Positions 40,625 to 51,714 of a stretch of DNA of 64,000 bases are shown here, piece after piece. The notes under the pieces were generated by a model, which was not told the origin of the DNA, searched no databases, and worked only from the letters and a program-made list of their open reading frames with translations. Within the stretch, counting starts at the first letter, position 1. The number at the start of each line of letters is the position of its first letter. The DNA comes from an uncultured Acidobacteriota bacterium (GTDB lineage Bacteria > Acidobacteriota > Thermoanaerobaculia > Multivoradales > UBA5704), in the NCBI GenBank assembly GCA_963770895.1, contig CAVYRF010000001.1, forward strand, positions 1,440,001 through 1,504,000, read 5' to 3'. The translations under genes and the position numbers were made by a program.

Positions 40625-40800
40625 CATCGCACAGAGTCAAGGCTCGAGTTTCACAGCTATCCGGACCAAGATCGGACAGGAGCTTTACAGCCTGCTCTGC
40701 GGACCGGTCGCAGCGGAAATCGCGGCCAGTGAGCGGCTCCTGCTCATTCCAGATGGACCTCTCTGGACATTGCCGTGGGGCGCTCTCGTCCCTCAGCCGG
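40625..40800 (+). pseudogene. CHAT-domain fragment
   Basis: IGQELYSLL.GPV..RLLLIPDGPLWTLPWGAL. Confidence 0.65.
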
Positions 40801-41187
40801 CAATTGCGACCCGTCGATGTATAGCTGCCATGACGTTTGCACGTTCGCGCTCAGCACCCGCTATCGAGCGGGCACGAAGGACGAAAAGCTTCGAATTCTG
40901 GACGAATTCGTCGCGCACTCGCCGAGCATTCTTGAAATTTGCGAAAAGCGTCGCAGAAGGAGCCAAGCTCATGGGCTTCCATTTTCCCAGATGGCCAGCT
41001 CCGAACTTTTCAACGGAGGCTCAAGGATTGGCGATTCGCTGCCGCCCGCCGGCTCGTCTTCGCTGAAGCTTGAACGATGGCTGGAAGAAATTGACGAAAA
41101 GCCGCGACGCGGAGCGGCAGGGCGATCTCGAACTTGGCTGGCTTGGCCGGGATGCCCTCCGCCAGGGCGAGGCCGATCAACCGCCGA

Positions 41188-41430
41188 TTATTCGCTCCCG
41201 AAAGGGTCACCTACCACGAAGGGGTTCCTGAATCGGACGCCCGCCAGATCGCGGTCGTGCTGCAGATCTTCGCTCAGTATAAGAGTGGCGCCGGACTGCT
41301 TCGCAACAGCCCATTGCATCGCATCCCAGAACGCCAGGCCGTGCTGCTCGACGGCCCGGATCGCAAGGCGGAGACTCCCAGGCATGGCGGCGACGATCGG
41401 AAACAACGTCTGCCAGTCCTCAATGTGGGC
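41188..41430 (-). pseudogene. PIN-domain toxin C-terminal fragment
   Basis: FWDAM..A...ILSEDLQH...NPF. Confidence 0.7.
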
Positions 41431-41454
41431 CTTGGCCTGGGCGCCGGTCAGCTT

Positions 41455-41770
41455 GCGCTGGTTGCGGATGCGGCCGGCGGCGAAGCCGGCCGTCGCGGTC
41501 CCAGTGGGCGCGGTGCTCGACGAAGCGGAGGTTGCGCGCCCGCGCGGTGGTGAGGGCGGTGGCGCCAGGGCGAGGGCAGGCTGCTCTACCGCCGGGGGCG
41601 GCGTGCCTGGGGCAGGAACTTCCAGGTGCGCGCTTCGATGCGTGGTGTGCGATGGCGCAGGTAGCCGGTGGCGTCGGTGCAGAAGACCTGGCAGGGCGCC
41701 GCGCGGACCCGCAGCTGCCGGCCCGGCTCGACCCGGGCGAGGGCGAGCTCGCCGGCGGCGACGATGCGGC
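41455..41770 (-). repeat. Rearranged fragments of the SLOG module
   Basis: Pieces match 37780-37880 and 37320-37530. Confidence 0.7.
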
Positions 41771-41966
41771 GCCGCCCGACATCAAGGACCGGCAGGAAGG
41801 CCGGCTGCCCTACGACGTAGCAACAGACGTGCTGACGACCATCGAGTGCGTCCGCGAGGACAACCACCTACCCACCAGCGAGTCCCTTCAGCGGTCGGCA
41901 AAGGTCACAGATGCCGAGCGGCGGCAGTGGTGCTCAGACGGGGAGTTTCGTCTTCCGTCAGATCCG

Positions 41967-42125
41967 TCAGCAGGTGGCGCAAGCCGTATTGAAGCACCGG
42001 ACCGCACCGCTTGAACACGCGCTGATTGTACCGCCGCCTCCCCACTGCTTGAGGTCTGCAGGCTCAACGGTCTGAAGGTTATACAGGGTCTCGCGGGAAA
42101 GCTTGATGTCCTTCTGCTTGCGCAT
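41967..42125 (-). CDS. Putative RiPP (lanthipeptide-like) precursor, 52 aa
   Basis: AGGAG RBS; leader IKLSRETLYNL; GG site; Cys/Ser/Thr-rich core. Confidence 0.75.
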   Translation of the reverse strand: MRKQKDIKLSRETLYNLQTVEPADLKQWGGGGTISACSSGAVRCFNTACATC

Positions 42126-42289
42126 GGCGAGGGCTCCTTGCGGCGGTTTTGCCGACGTAAATTGTCCCGAGCACGGATGTGAGCAGATCCATCCGGCCGC
42201 AGGCGGCGGTGGCTGCGCGAGCCGAGGCTCGCGCAGCCACCCCCTCAAAACCGTACAGCCTGGGGCGTGCGAAGTTCTCATCCCGCCAA

Positions 42290-42651
42290 CTTGCGGCGCA
42301 GACAGCGGCCTTGTGCCGCGGCAGATGGAAACCGCGGACCCAACGTGGGCCTCCCGCGTCGCTACGCGCCGCAGTCCCCGCCGCCCACCGCGGCCCCCGG
42401 TCCGCCGTTCCCACAGCCGCTTGGAAACCGGCTCCCGGCCCCCCACCACACCCGCCCTCCACCGCCCACCCTCGCCGGTTACCACGACCTTCCACAACCC
42501 CGACAATGGGAGTCATATACACTGAGAAAAAGGACTACAGGAGAAGCCCAAGCCGACCACCTCAACCAACCCTGAGCCTCCGCTCACCGCCTCGCTTCGA
42601 CGGGTGGTCGCCTTCCGTCGGAATGGGTTGTCGCCTTCGCCGGAATTCGCA
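42290..42651 (+). mobile_element. Orphan right end of the IS21 element
   Basis: Near-identical to ~59920..60253 including terminal GGTCGCCTTC..GGAAT repeats. Confidence 0.85.
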
Positions 42652-42653
42652 CA

Positions 42654-43045
42654 TCAGGCGATCTGGATCCTGCCCAGGCCAAAGGTGGCGCCCTTACCCA
42701 CGTGGAGCAGCTGTGCGGTGTGTAGAAGCGGCGCGAACGGAGCCAATTCGCCTGTCAGCTCGATTTCGCCGACCAACCCGCCGAGGTTCATCGTGCACTG
42801 CTGGCGGTTGCTGTAACGTTGCCAGTCGCGCCAGTGCAGGTTGGTGGCGTTTCCCGCACCGCACTCGCAGCGTCGAGGAGCGGGCGGAGGCTCCAGTCAA
42901 TCGCCGCAGCGGGGACGTGGAAATGCGCCAGCTCGAAGGTGCGGCGCAGCATCGCGAACGCCAGCCCGCGGAATCCGAGGCTTGTCACCCAGTGGTCGCG
43001 CACCTTGAGCCGCGTCGGCGTGACGAAACGGACGCGCACGCGGGC
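42654..43045 (-). pseudogene. cas6: cas6 C-terminal fragment
   Basis: RVRFVTPTRLKVRDH...HVGKGATFG, close to 9568..9960, frameshifted. Confidence 0.88.
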
Positions 43046-43116
43046 CGCGCCGGCCGTGGCACCGTCTGCGACAATCGAGCCTGCGGCGCCTCCCAAGGCG
43101 GCTGGCAAACGCGGTT

Positions 43117-43374
43117 TCAGTTGGTACAGAAGGTGCCGCGGAGGCACGTGCACGTGATCAACATCTTGAAGTGCTGGCCTCCATCTTCCGTGCAGGTGCC
43201 TACCATGGTTTCGCTGACGATACTGCAAGCGGGTGGTCGGTTACACTCCGCGATCACAGTGTTACAGGCTGGGAGGGTGCAAGCGGCGGCTCTTGCGGAG
43301 CTGGGGCGTTGGGCCAGGATGCAGAAGGTCAGGGCGGCGACGAGGCAGGCGAAGCGGAGGGTGGTCTTGCTCAT
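43117..43374 (-). CDS. Small secreted Cys-rich protein
   Basis: GGAGG RBS, signal peptide ending ARA, 8 Cys in mature part. Confidence 0.7.
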   Translation of the reverse strand: MSKTTLRFACLVAALTFCILAQRPSSARAAACTLPACNTVIAECNRPPACSIVSETMVGTCTEDGGQHFKMLITCTCLRGTFCTN

Positions 43375-43502
43375 GTCTTGGCCTCCAGAGGTGGACAGGT
43401 CTAGGTATCAGTCTCGAAGATAAGCCGCATCTTCACGAATACACAGTGCTGCGGATCAACCTGCGCGAGACAACCTGCTGGGGCAGGCTCGGCGGCGTCT
43501 CC

Positions 43503-44100
43503 TCATCTCTCGGCGCCAGCGCTTTGACTCTTGGGAATCGCCGGCGGCGGCACGGCGCCGCCAGTTGCGACGCACAGCCCGTTCATCAGGAGCTGCCAGA
43601 CGTTGTCGAACGCCGCATCGATGGTCGGGTCGCCCCACTCGGCGGCGTGGGCGGGATGGTGGAACCGCGACATGGCGAGCAGCACCGCGCAGCCGGTGGC
43701 CGCCGGATCGACGGCGCGCATCGTGCCTTCCTGCACCCCGGAGTCGAAGATCATCGCGGCAAGGCCCACCAGCTCGTCGACGTGGGCGGCGACGACCGAC
43801 TGGGAGTCGGCTGCCAGCGTCCGATAGGTGGCGAAGAGCTCCGGGTCCTCGGCGCAGCGGCGGCGTTTGACCTCGGTCAGTGCGTCGAGGATCTACCGTA
43901 GCCGCCGCGGCGCCGGGGCTGGAAGGGCGCTGCGGACCGCAGCGGCGGCATGGTCGCCTCCAGCCACCTGCCGACGACCAGGTCCCGCAGCTCGGCCTTG
44001 GTCGCCACGTGCCGATAGACGGCCGTGTGGCTCACCGCCAGCGCCCGCGCCACGGTCGCCTTCGCCGGACCAAACCGGCGGATGACCTCCGCCGCCGTTC
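43503..44100 (-). pseudogene. TetR-family regulator pseudogene
   Basis: EVIRRFGPAKATV..ALAVSHTAVYRH and SRFHHPAHAAEW segments in broken frames. Confidence 0.65.
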
Positions 44101-44129
44101 ACGCGAAGGTCTCTTGGGGCGTGTGTTCG

Positions 44130-45180
44130 CTAGGCGGCCGAGACTTGGGCCTGAGCGTTGCTGTCCTGGCTTTGCTCTGCAGCGGCGGGGGCTGGAGAGG
44201 CAGGGGACTGCGCCACGGTGGATCCAGGAGCCGTGATGTCCGAACTATTCGAGCGAAGAATCAGCTCAAGCTGGCTGGCCCACACGGTAAGCCCGTGTTC
44301 TACATCGACCTCTCCGGTCGAGCGATCGTAGATCGCGGTGACGCCGCGTTCGGCATGATTCAGGATGCGACCGATGGCGACGCGGGAGACCCCCAGGCGA
44401 CCCATGTGGGTTGCGGCGGTGCGACGCAGGTCGTGGGGGCACCAATCGTAGATGCCGGAGTCGTCGCGGAAGCGTTCGATCGCGTTGGAGAGCGAGACGA
44501 TGTGGCGGGAGGTGCGGGGGCTGGCAAAGACCCACGCGCGATCGCCGGTTTTGGGGCGCAAAGCATCGAGGAGGACCAGGGTCGGATCGGCCAGGTACAC
44601 GCGATGGGAGCGCTTGTTCTTGGTGCTGCTGGCAGAGATGGTCCACCAGGAGGAGGAGATTGCCTGCCAGGCCATGGTGAGAACTTCCATTTCACGCTGG
44701 CCGGTGAGGAGAAGCATCTTGAGAGCGGCCGCGGAGATGGATCCTTCTTGGCTCCAGACCGCCCAGAGCTGGCGAATCTCATCTTCGCTGAGGACGCGGT
44801 CGCGGGTCTGCTCGGGTGAGGGGGCGGGGACACCCGCGACCGGGTTGAATTCGACGAGTTCGCGGGTCAGGGCGAAGTTGAACATCTTGGAGACCAGGGC
44901 GCGGACGCGATTGGCATGAATTGGGGCGCCGCGGGCTACGATGCGATCGAGCATCTGCGTGACGTCACGGCGGCGGATCTCCGTCACGGGGAGTGATTTC
45001 CAGGCGGGCAGGAGATCGCGGTTCAGCATCGCTTCGTCTTCTTTCCAGGTGCGTTTGAGCCGCTTGGAGTGGAGCTCGAGAAAGTCACGCGCGAGGTCGG
45101 CGAAGGTGGCGGCGGTACGGGACTCCCGGCGGTCCTGCTGCGGATCGTTGCCGAGCGCAACTTTGCCCAGCGCGGCCTTT
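44130..45180 (-). pseudogene. Tyrosine integrase, 5'-truncated
   Basis: LLTGQR..E, TKN, HDLRRT, ILNH, IYDR; N-terminal domain cut near 45180. Confidence 0.85.
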
Positions 45181-45666
45181 GCGCCGCCGCGGGGCGGCTC
45201 GGCGCCACGGTCATCACCGCCGGTCTGTGGATTTCTCGGTCAAAGAGTAGGCTCTGTTCAACGGCGGCGTGGCGGTTCTTCACCGACGACAACCCGGCGG
45301 CCTCGCCGAGCGACTTCACCGCCACGATCGATTGGGGCGACGGTTCGCCGCAGACCGCGGGATCGATCAGCTTCAGCTCCGCCGCGTTCGTCGTGTCGGG
45401 GCAGCACACCTCCATCCCCCCGGCCTGGGCGCCGTGGGCCGCCCTCGCCTGACTGGGCCTCGTCGCCGCCACCGCCGCCGCCGCGAGCCTCCTGCCCGCC
45501 TGGCGCGCCTCCCGCCTCGCGGTCGCCGCGGTGCTGCAATACGGATGACGCGCCCGCCGGCGGGCTCCGGAAGGGCCTGCGCGCCGCGCGGCGCGCAAAC
45601 GTGAACCGACCTACCGCCCAAGTGGGTACTTGTAAAAAGGGAATTGAGCTCGTACGCTGCCGAGCC

Positions 45667-46152
45667 ATGACCAACGAAGAGCTCTTTGCCGGCACGGCCC
45701 TCCACACCTGGAAGCTCGCCACAGGCCGTCTCGACCAACTCCTCGCCGCGATGAGCGACGACCAGCTGCAGCAGGAGGTGGCGCCCGGCCGCAACCGCAT
45801 CTACTACCTGCTCGGTCACCTGACCGCCGTGCACGATCGGCTCTTCCCCCTGCTCGGCCTGGGGGAGCGCCTGCACCCGGAGCTGGACAAGCCCTTCCTC
45901 GAAGACCCCGACCGCACCCAGCCCGACGCCCACTCCGCCGCCGACCTGCGGAAGGCCTTCGCCGACGTCAACGCCAGGCTGACCGCCGCCATGGAAGCCC
46001 TGCCGGCCGCCGCCTGGCTCCAGAGACACGAGGCCGTCTCGCCCGAGGACTTCGCCAGAGAGCCCCTGCGCAACCGCCTCGCGGTCGTCCTGTCGCGCAC
46101 CTCGCACGCCATGTTCCACGCCGGCCAGATTCGCCTCACCACCCGGAGCTGA
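45667..46152 (+). CDS. DinB-family protein
   Basis: NRIYYLLGHL, HAMFHAGQ. Confidence 0.85.
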   Translation: MTNEELFAGTALHTWKLATGRLDQLLAAMSDDQLQQEVAPGRNRIYYLLGHLTAVHDRLFPLLGLGERLHPELDKPFLEDPDRTQPDAHSAADLRKAFADVNARLTAAMEALPAAAWLQRHEAVSPEDFAREPLRNRLAVVLSRTSHAMFHAGQIRLTTRS

Positions 46153-46223
46153 CCGCAAGGATACCTTCATGAGCGCCGAACGTACTCCTCCCGCCAGGGC
46201 GAACGCGGCGGGCGGCCTAGATC

Positions 46224-46620
46224 TCAGAGCACCAGCTGCTTGCTTTCAAGCATAGCGAGGATGTCCCCGTTGCCGTTGAACCCCAGTTCCCGGCTGCCGA
46301 CCAATCGGGTCGAGATCGGGAAGCGCAGCTCGTCGTCCTGCGCCGAGAGGCGGTCCAGACGCACATGAATGCCGTCCGCTTCCTGCCAAGCCGCGCCGGT
46401 ACCGCCGCGACACAGAGCCGCCGTCTGGGCCAGCCTCGTGCGATTAGCCTTCGCCTCCGCTCGCCAGGAGCGGCTCGGCTCCATCTGCTGAAACCCTTCC
46501 CAGGCTGTGATGGCCGGCGCGGCGAGCGAGAGCCGCTCGAGCGCAAGGGCACGGTTGAACGCGGCCTCGCTCGGCCGAGAATCGAGGTGTAGCGCCCGCG
46601 CGGCAGGACGTCGATCGTTC
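46224..46620 (-). pseudogene. TPR-like fragment
   Basis: EAAFNRALALERL..A..AW...W..EA pattern. Confidence 0.45.
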
Positions 46621-47173
46621 CGTGCGGGCTCCATATGCTCCGGGAGCGCCCGGAAATTCCTCATCATGGCTGGTTGGTGCGACTTTTCGAGACCATGAAA
46701 GCCTCGGACCGCATTGGGATGATCGGAGGGCTGCGCGTCCTCGCGAGCGAAGCAAGTGCCCACAGAGCCCATTGACGGCCGACGCCGCCAGTACGCCAGC
46801 TCGCAGGCGAGACCCTGGCTGCGGCAATCTAAGCCGTCGTCACGCCCAGTCGAAAAGCCTCCTCGACCAGTTGCCGGTGCAGCCGCGAGCCCGTTGTTGG
46901 TGGCTGAGTAAACCCGCTGGTATTCGGTGAAGATGGAAGTTCTCAGCCGCTGGGGCAAGGTCGGCGGCAAACCAACGTCGGGGCAGCGGAGCAGGGTCTG
47001 GAAGTGCCCCGAGTTGCCCGCGCGCAGCAGCTGGACTGTCAGCGGGGTCGAGTTCTGATACGCTCTCGGAGCTTCACCCTTCTCACAGTTCGCGCCGAGA
47101 CCTGTCGGCGAGGCCTTCCGGTACTGCCTGCCGGAGGCTCGATGCCGGCCAGGCCGGAAAGGAGAGACCGCGT

Positions 47174-48259
47174 ATGTTGAACCCCATGCAGTCACGGAGA
47201 GTCGATCGTCACCCGGCGCGTTCGCTGGCGCTCGCCACCTTTGCTGCCGCCGGCCTGCTGGCCACCGTGGCCTTTGCCGCGCCACCGCCGGCCGCCGTCG
47301 TATTCGCCGACCTCGGCCAGACTGGGGGCGGCGCGGCGACGCCCGCCAGCCCCCTGCCGGCGGTGCGCTCGTACGTGTCGATCGGTCCCGTGCACGCGCG
47401 GGCGGCGCAGAACGACGGCGCGGGCCGGCTGCTCTCGGCCACGCCTCGGCCGAAGGACGCCGCGTCCGGCCTCTACCTGGTCGATGCCATCGGTGCCACC
47501 TGGGGAAATGGTCAGGCGGATATCAAGGTCTCGGACATCATCGACACCAACGCGGGCGGCACCACCGGCGACCTCAAGATCGCTCTATGGGCCACCTCCG
47601 TGGTGCCCGCCCTCACCAGCGGGACTTTCACCTATTACCAGCTGGCGCTGGCCGACCTCGACGCGGTGATCACGGGCGGCACGGACACCGGCGGCGTGGA
47701 CACCGGCGAGATCGCCTACGCACCGCCCAATGCGCCTGGGTGCTACTACATGTCGGTCGTCCTGATCTCGGGCACCCACCTGGCGGACATCCGCACCTTC
47801 ACCAGGGGCGGCACGGCATCGGCGCCGGAAAGCAACGGTTTCGTGGAATTCCCGCTCAACGAGCCTTCGGGCTCGACCTGTCCCGTGGCCACCTCGTGCT
47901 CACCGACCTCGAGCAGCGGTTGTCTGCTCAGCTCGCGGTTCCAGGTGAGCGCGGCCTACGACAACACGACCACCGGCAGCGGTTCCGCCAGCGTGCTGAG
48001 CTTTACCGGTACGCGCGCCGAGAGCGACGAGTCGGTATTCTTCTACTTCACCGATTCGAGCAACTTCGAGATGGGCGTCAAGGTCCTCGATGCCTGCGCG
48101 ATCAACAACAGCTTCTGGGTTTTCATCGGCGGCCTCACCAACCAGGGATGGGGCGTCGAGGTGGTCGACACCCTGACCGGCAACCACAAGGGGTACCTCA
48201 ACAACAACGGCACCACCACTGTGACCGTGGCCGACACGACGGCGCTACCCTGTCCGTAG
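47174..48259 (+). CDS. Secreted protein with conserved C-terminal domain
   Basis: Signal peptide; CLL..RF.V, FYF..N.E..VKVLDAC..N..FWVF.GGLTN; strong codon bias. Confidence 0.8.
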   Translation: MLNPMQSRRVDRHPARSLALATFAAAGLLATVAFAAPPPAAVVFADLGQTGGGAATPASPLPAVRSYVSIGPVHARAAQNDGAGRLLSATPRPKDAASGLYLVDAIGATWGNGQADIKVSDIIDTNAGGTTGDLKIALWATSVVPALTSGTFTYYQLALADLDAVITGGTDTGGVDTGEIAYAPPNAPGCYYMSVVLISGTHLADIRTFTRGGTASAPESNGFVEFPLNEPSGSTCPVATSCSPTSSSGCLLSSRFQVSAAYDNTTTGSGSASVLSFTGTRAESDESVFFYFTDSSNFEMGVKVLDACAINNSFWVFIGGLTNQGWGVEVVDTLTGNHKGYLNNNGTTTVTVADTTALPCP

Positions 48260-49082
48260 AAAATCCGTGCCCCAAAGGCCGGTGAGCAGATTGCTGAAAG
48301 GCACCACCTCCGGCACACCCGTACGGGATGGGTACGGGGGGTCCAGGACAGGGCACGAGCCCGCTTTGCCGGTCGGCCGCCGCTGGTCTAACGTGGCCGC
48401 GGCCGGGTCGGCGGCGGGGTGGCCGGCCGCGCTGCCGGCTTGGCGGGTCTTGCCGCATCGTGTACTGCTGGCGGCGACGAATCTGGAGAGGTCTTGGGCA
48501 ATCGAAAGGTCCTTTTGGATCCGTGCTGGCAACGCTCGGAAAGTGACCCAGGGCAACGACTGGAAAGTGACTCACCCTCAGCGGGTTTGGTCCTTCAAAA
48601 AGAGTCTACATGAGCCGTCGCCGCCGGGGCTGTGGGAGGTGTGCTAACCGGCGAGGGCGGTAGGTGGAGGGCGGGTGTGATGGGGGGGCGGGAGCCGGTT
48701 TGCAAGCGACTGTGGAAACGGCGGACCGGGTTTTGCGCCGCGCTCGGCAGGCGTTGAGCGCACTACCGGCACGGTGTACGGCAGGAGGAATGGTGGGAAC
48801 GGGGCCGATGTACGTGTGGCGCCCGGTGGTGTACCCTGGGCAAGAAGAAGCCGCGTAGCGCCGAGAGCGACCGGCGCATGCTGCGCGACGTGATCCTGCC
48901 CCACCTGGGCCGGCGCAAGGTCGAGGACTGATCTTGCCCCGGTTCGGCTGACACCTGGTTAGGACTCGTCGTCGTAGGCGCTGTGGGAACTGTGGAAAAC
49001 GTGCAACGTTTTCCAAGGGGCTGCGGAAATCGCGCAGCGATTTCCGCAGAACCGGCAGTTTCCATAGCGCGGCGCGCCCGAC

Positions 49083-49955
49083 CTACGCATCGAGAAGCCT
49101 CTGATTCTCCTCGAAATGGTCCGGGCTCAGATAGCCAAGCGCCGAGTGACGGCGCTTGCGGTTGTAAAAGACCTCAATGTACTCGAACAGCGCCTGCCGA
49201 GCCGAGTCGCGAGTTGGGGGCACCGGTTCACCGGCGAAAAGCTCTGTCTTGAGCGAGCTAAAGAAGCTTTCCGCCGGAGCGTTGTCCCAGCAGTTGCCAC
49301 GGCGACTCATGCTGACGGCAATGCCCCTTACGGCGAGCTCTTGCCGATACGCTCGACTCGAATACTGGCTACCTCGGTCGCTGTGGTGAAGGAGACCCAA
49401 CTTGGGTCGACGCTGCGCCAGCGCTTGCTCCAGCGCGGACAGAGCGAGTTGCTCGGTTAATCGATCGCTGGTCGCCCAGCCGACGATCCGGCGGGAAAAC
49501 AGGTCGAGCAGCACAGCCAGGTAGAGCCAGCCCTCCACGGTCCAAATGTAAGTGATGTCGCCGTTCCAGAAGGCATCGGGCTCGGTGACCTGGAACTTCC
49601 TCTGCAGTTCGTTGGGGGCCACCGGATTGACCGCGCTGGCCTGGGTTGTGGTCTTGAACCGTCGCCTGGCGCGAGCGACGAGATGATCCTGCCGCATCAG
49701 ACGGGCAATCCGATGGCGGCCACAGGCCACGCCGTCGCCCGACAATTCGGCGTGAATGCGCGGACTACCATACCGATGGCGGCTCTGCCGGTACGCCGCC
49801 CGAATCTGAGCCAGTAGAAGGCGATCTTGCCGGATACGCAGGCTCTCCTCTCGCGAGAGCCAACCGTAATATCCACCGCGCGACACACCCAGGGCCTGGC
49901 ACATTCCTGTCGTCCTATGCCGGCCGCTTTGGGCTTGGATGAAGCGGAACTTCAT
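49083..49955 (-). CDS. IS3 transposase OrfB
   Basis: YGSPRI, W.GDITY, HSDRGSQY, GNCWDNAPAESFF. Confidence 0.95.
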   Translation of the reverse strand: MKFRFIQAQSGRHRTTGMCQALGVSRGGYYGWLSREESLRIRQDRLLLAQIRAAYRQSRHRYGSPRIHAELSGDGVACGRHRIARLMRQDHLVARARRRFKTTTQASAVNPVAPNELQRKFQVTEPDAFWNGDITYIWTVEGWLYLAVLLDLFSRRIVGWATSDRLTEQLALSALEQALAQRRPKLGLLHHSDRGSQYSSRAYRQELAVRGIAVSMSRRGNCWDNAPAESFFSSLKTELFAGEPVPPTRDSARQALFEYIEVFYNRKRRHSALGYLSPDHFEENQRLLDA

Positions 49956-50248
49956 CGCGACGGTACCGAGAAGATCGCTACTACTTTTTTCAAGATATCT
50001 CGCTCTTCCTTGACCCGAGCGAGTTCCCGCTGTAACCGGCGAATCTGGTCTTCGTCCGGTTTCAAATTCCCTTTCCCCGGAAACGCCTCCACCGGGTCTT
50101 CCTCCAGCTGACGCTTCCAGCGACGCAGCATGTCAGGCCGAACCTCAAGATCCCGAGCCGCAGCCGCCATGCCGCGCCCCCCCGACGTCACCAACCGAAC
50201 CGCTTCTAACTTGAACTCCCGACTGAACTTCCGTCTTGTCTCTGCCAT
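49952..50248 (-). CDS. IS3 transposase OrfA
   Basis: RRKFSREFKLEAV, ERDILKK, A-run frameshift site. Confidence 0.93.
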   Translation of the reverse strand: MAETRRKFSREFKLEAVRLVTSGGRGMAAAARDLEVRPDMLRRWKRQLEEDPVEAFPGKGNLKPDEDQIRRLQRELARVKEERDILKKVVAIFSVPSR

Positions 50249-51714
50249 TGCGCACACCCTCTCGCCCATTATGCGGGCTTTTCGAGGTGTCCGCTAAACC
50301 GGGGCAAGGCCAGACATCGCCCGCTCGGAGGTCGTCAGGCTGCACCAGAGCCTCTCCGCCACGCCCTACAGCGCCAACCGCGTCCTGGCCCTGCTGTCGA
50401 AGATGTTCAACCTGGCGGAACGCTGGGGGGTGCGAGCGGCGGGCACCAATCCGTGCCGCTTCGTCGACAAGTTCCCGGAAAAGCGCCGCGAGCGCTTCCT
50501 GAAGGGTGCCGAGCTGACCCGTCTCGGCGAAGTGTTCGCCGCGGCCGAGCGTAACGGCGCCGAGCCGCCCGCGGTCATCGCCGTTCTCCGGCTCCTGGTC
50601 CTGACCGGCTGCCGCAAGTCCGAGATCCTGACCCTGCGCTGGGTGGACGTGGACCTTGAGCGCGGCGCGCTGCACCTGCCGGATTCCAAGACCGGCCCGA
50701 AGAGCGTGCCGCTGGGCGCCGCCGCGACGGAGATCCTGGCCAGCCTGGCCCGGGTCGCCGGCAATCCGTACGTCTTTCCCGGCGAGCGTCCGGGCTCGCA
50801 TTGGGTCAACGTCGAGCGCTCCTGGCGCCGCCTCCGCCGCGCCGCCGGATTCCCCGAGCTGAGAATCCATGATCTGCGTCATTCCTACGCGGCGATCGGC
50901 GCCGCCGCCGGCCTGGGCCTGCCGGTGATCGGCCGGATTCTCGGCCACACCCAGGCGAGCACGACGCAGCGCTATACCCACTTCGCCGATGACCCGCTGC
51001 GCGCGGCGGCCGACCGCATCTCGAACGAGATCGCGGCGGCGCTGCGTGCCGGGACCAATGCCGAGGTCCCGCCCGAACCCACGGCTGGCCCGAACGACCA
51101 TCGCGACGCCCGGCGGCCAGCTGAGCGGGTACGGTGATCCGCGCAAGGAACGCGGCGCGCTCCTGGTGGGGCTGACCAGGCTGATGGCGCCGGAAAGGAG
51201 GACCAGAACGAAGAGCTAGGACCGGGGGACTTCGCGCCTCGCAAAGACAGGAGCTGAGTCCCTTCCCACAAGCCTTTGACACAGCGGGGGCGGCACCGTG
51301 CCGCTCCCCGCACCAGACAGACGCCCCCGGCGGAAGAGCCAACTCCCGCCGAGGACTTGCCGAGCACGGAGGAACCCCATGCCCGACCGCCCTCAGTTTA
51401 TCCCGCCCCATCTCCCCTGGAACGAAGCGGACTCCATCTGCGAGACGGCCCTGCTCTACATTGATGACCCCGAGGACAAGGAGTCCATGCGCCGGTTGGG
51501 GCGCCTCATCTTCAACCTGGCAATCGAGACTACCCGGATGCCGTTCGAGGAGTCCTCTACCCATGCCGAGCAGATGGAGTCAGTTGACATGCTGGCGGTC
51601 GAGATCCGGCAGTATGTGAGTGGGCAGCTGCGGACCCTGGTGCCGCGTGTTCTTGGTCAGACCTCCGAGGCGCTGGGCAAGAAAGCAGGGAGTCCGCGTC
51701 CGGCGCGGCTATGA

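Larger units (their letters stand above)
48929..50312 (-). mobile_element. IS3-family insertion sequence
   Basis: TG..CA ends, imperfect IR CTTGCCCCGGTT..GACACCT, 3-bp GAC duplication. Confidence 0.93.
48860..51137 (+). pseudogene. Tyrosine integrase interrupted by IS3
   Basis: ILPHLGRRKVED | IARSEV..ANRVLALLSKMF joins across the IS; TGCRKSE, HDLRHS, LGHTQ..TQRY. Confidence 0.88.

Noticed and set aside
40625-40800. CRISPR-linked CHAT protease effector
   Set aside because: Only a ~55-codon fragment without catalytic motifs, 4 kb from the operon.
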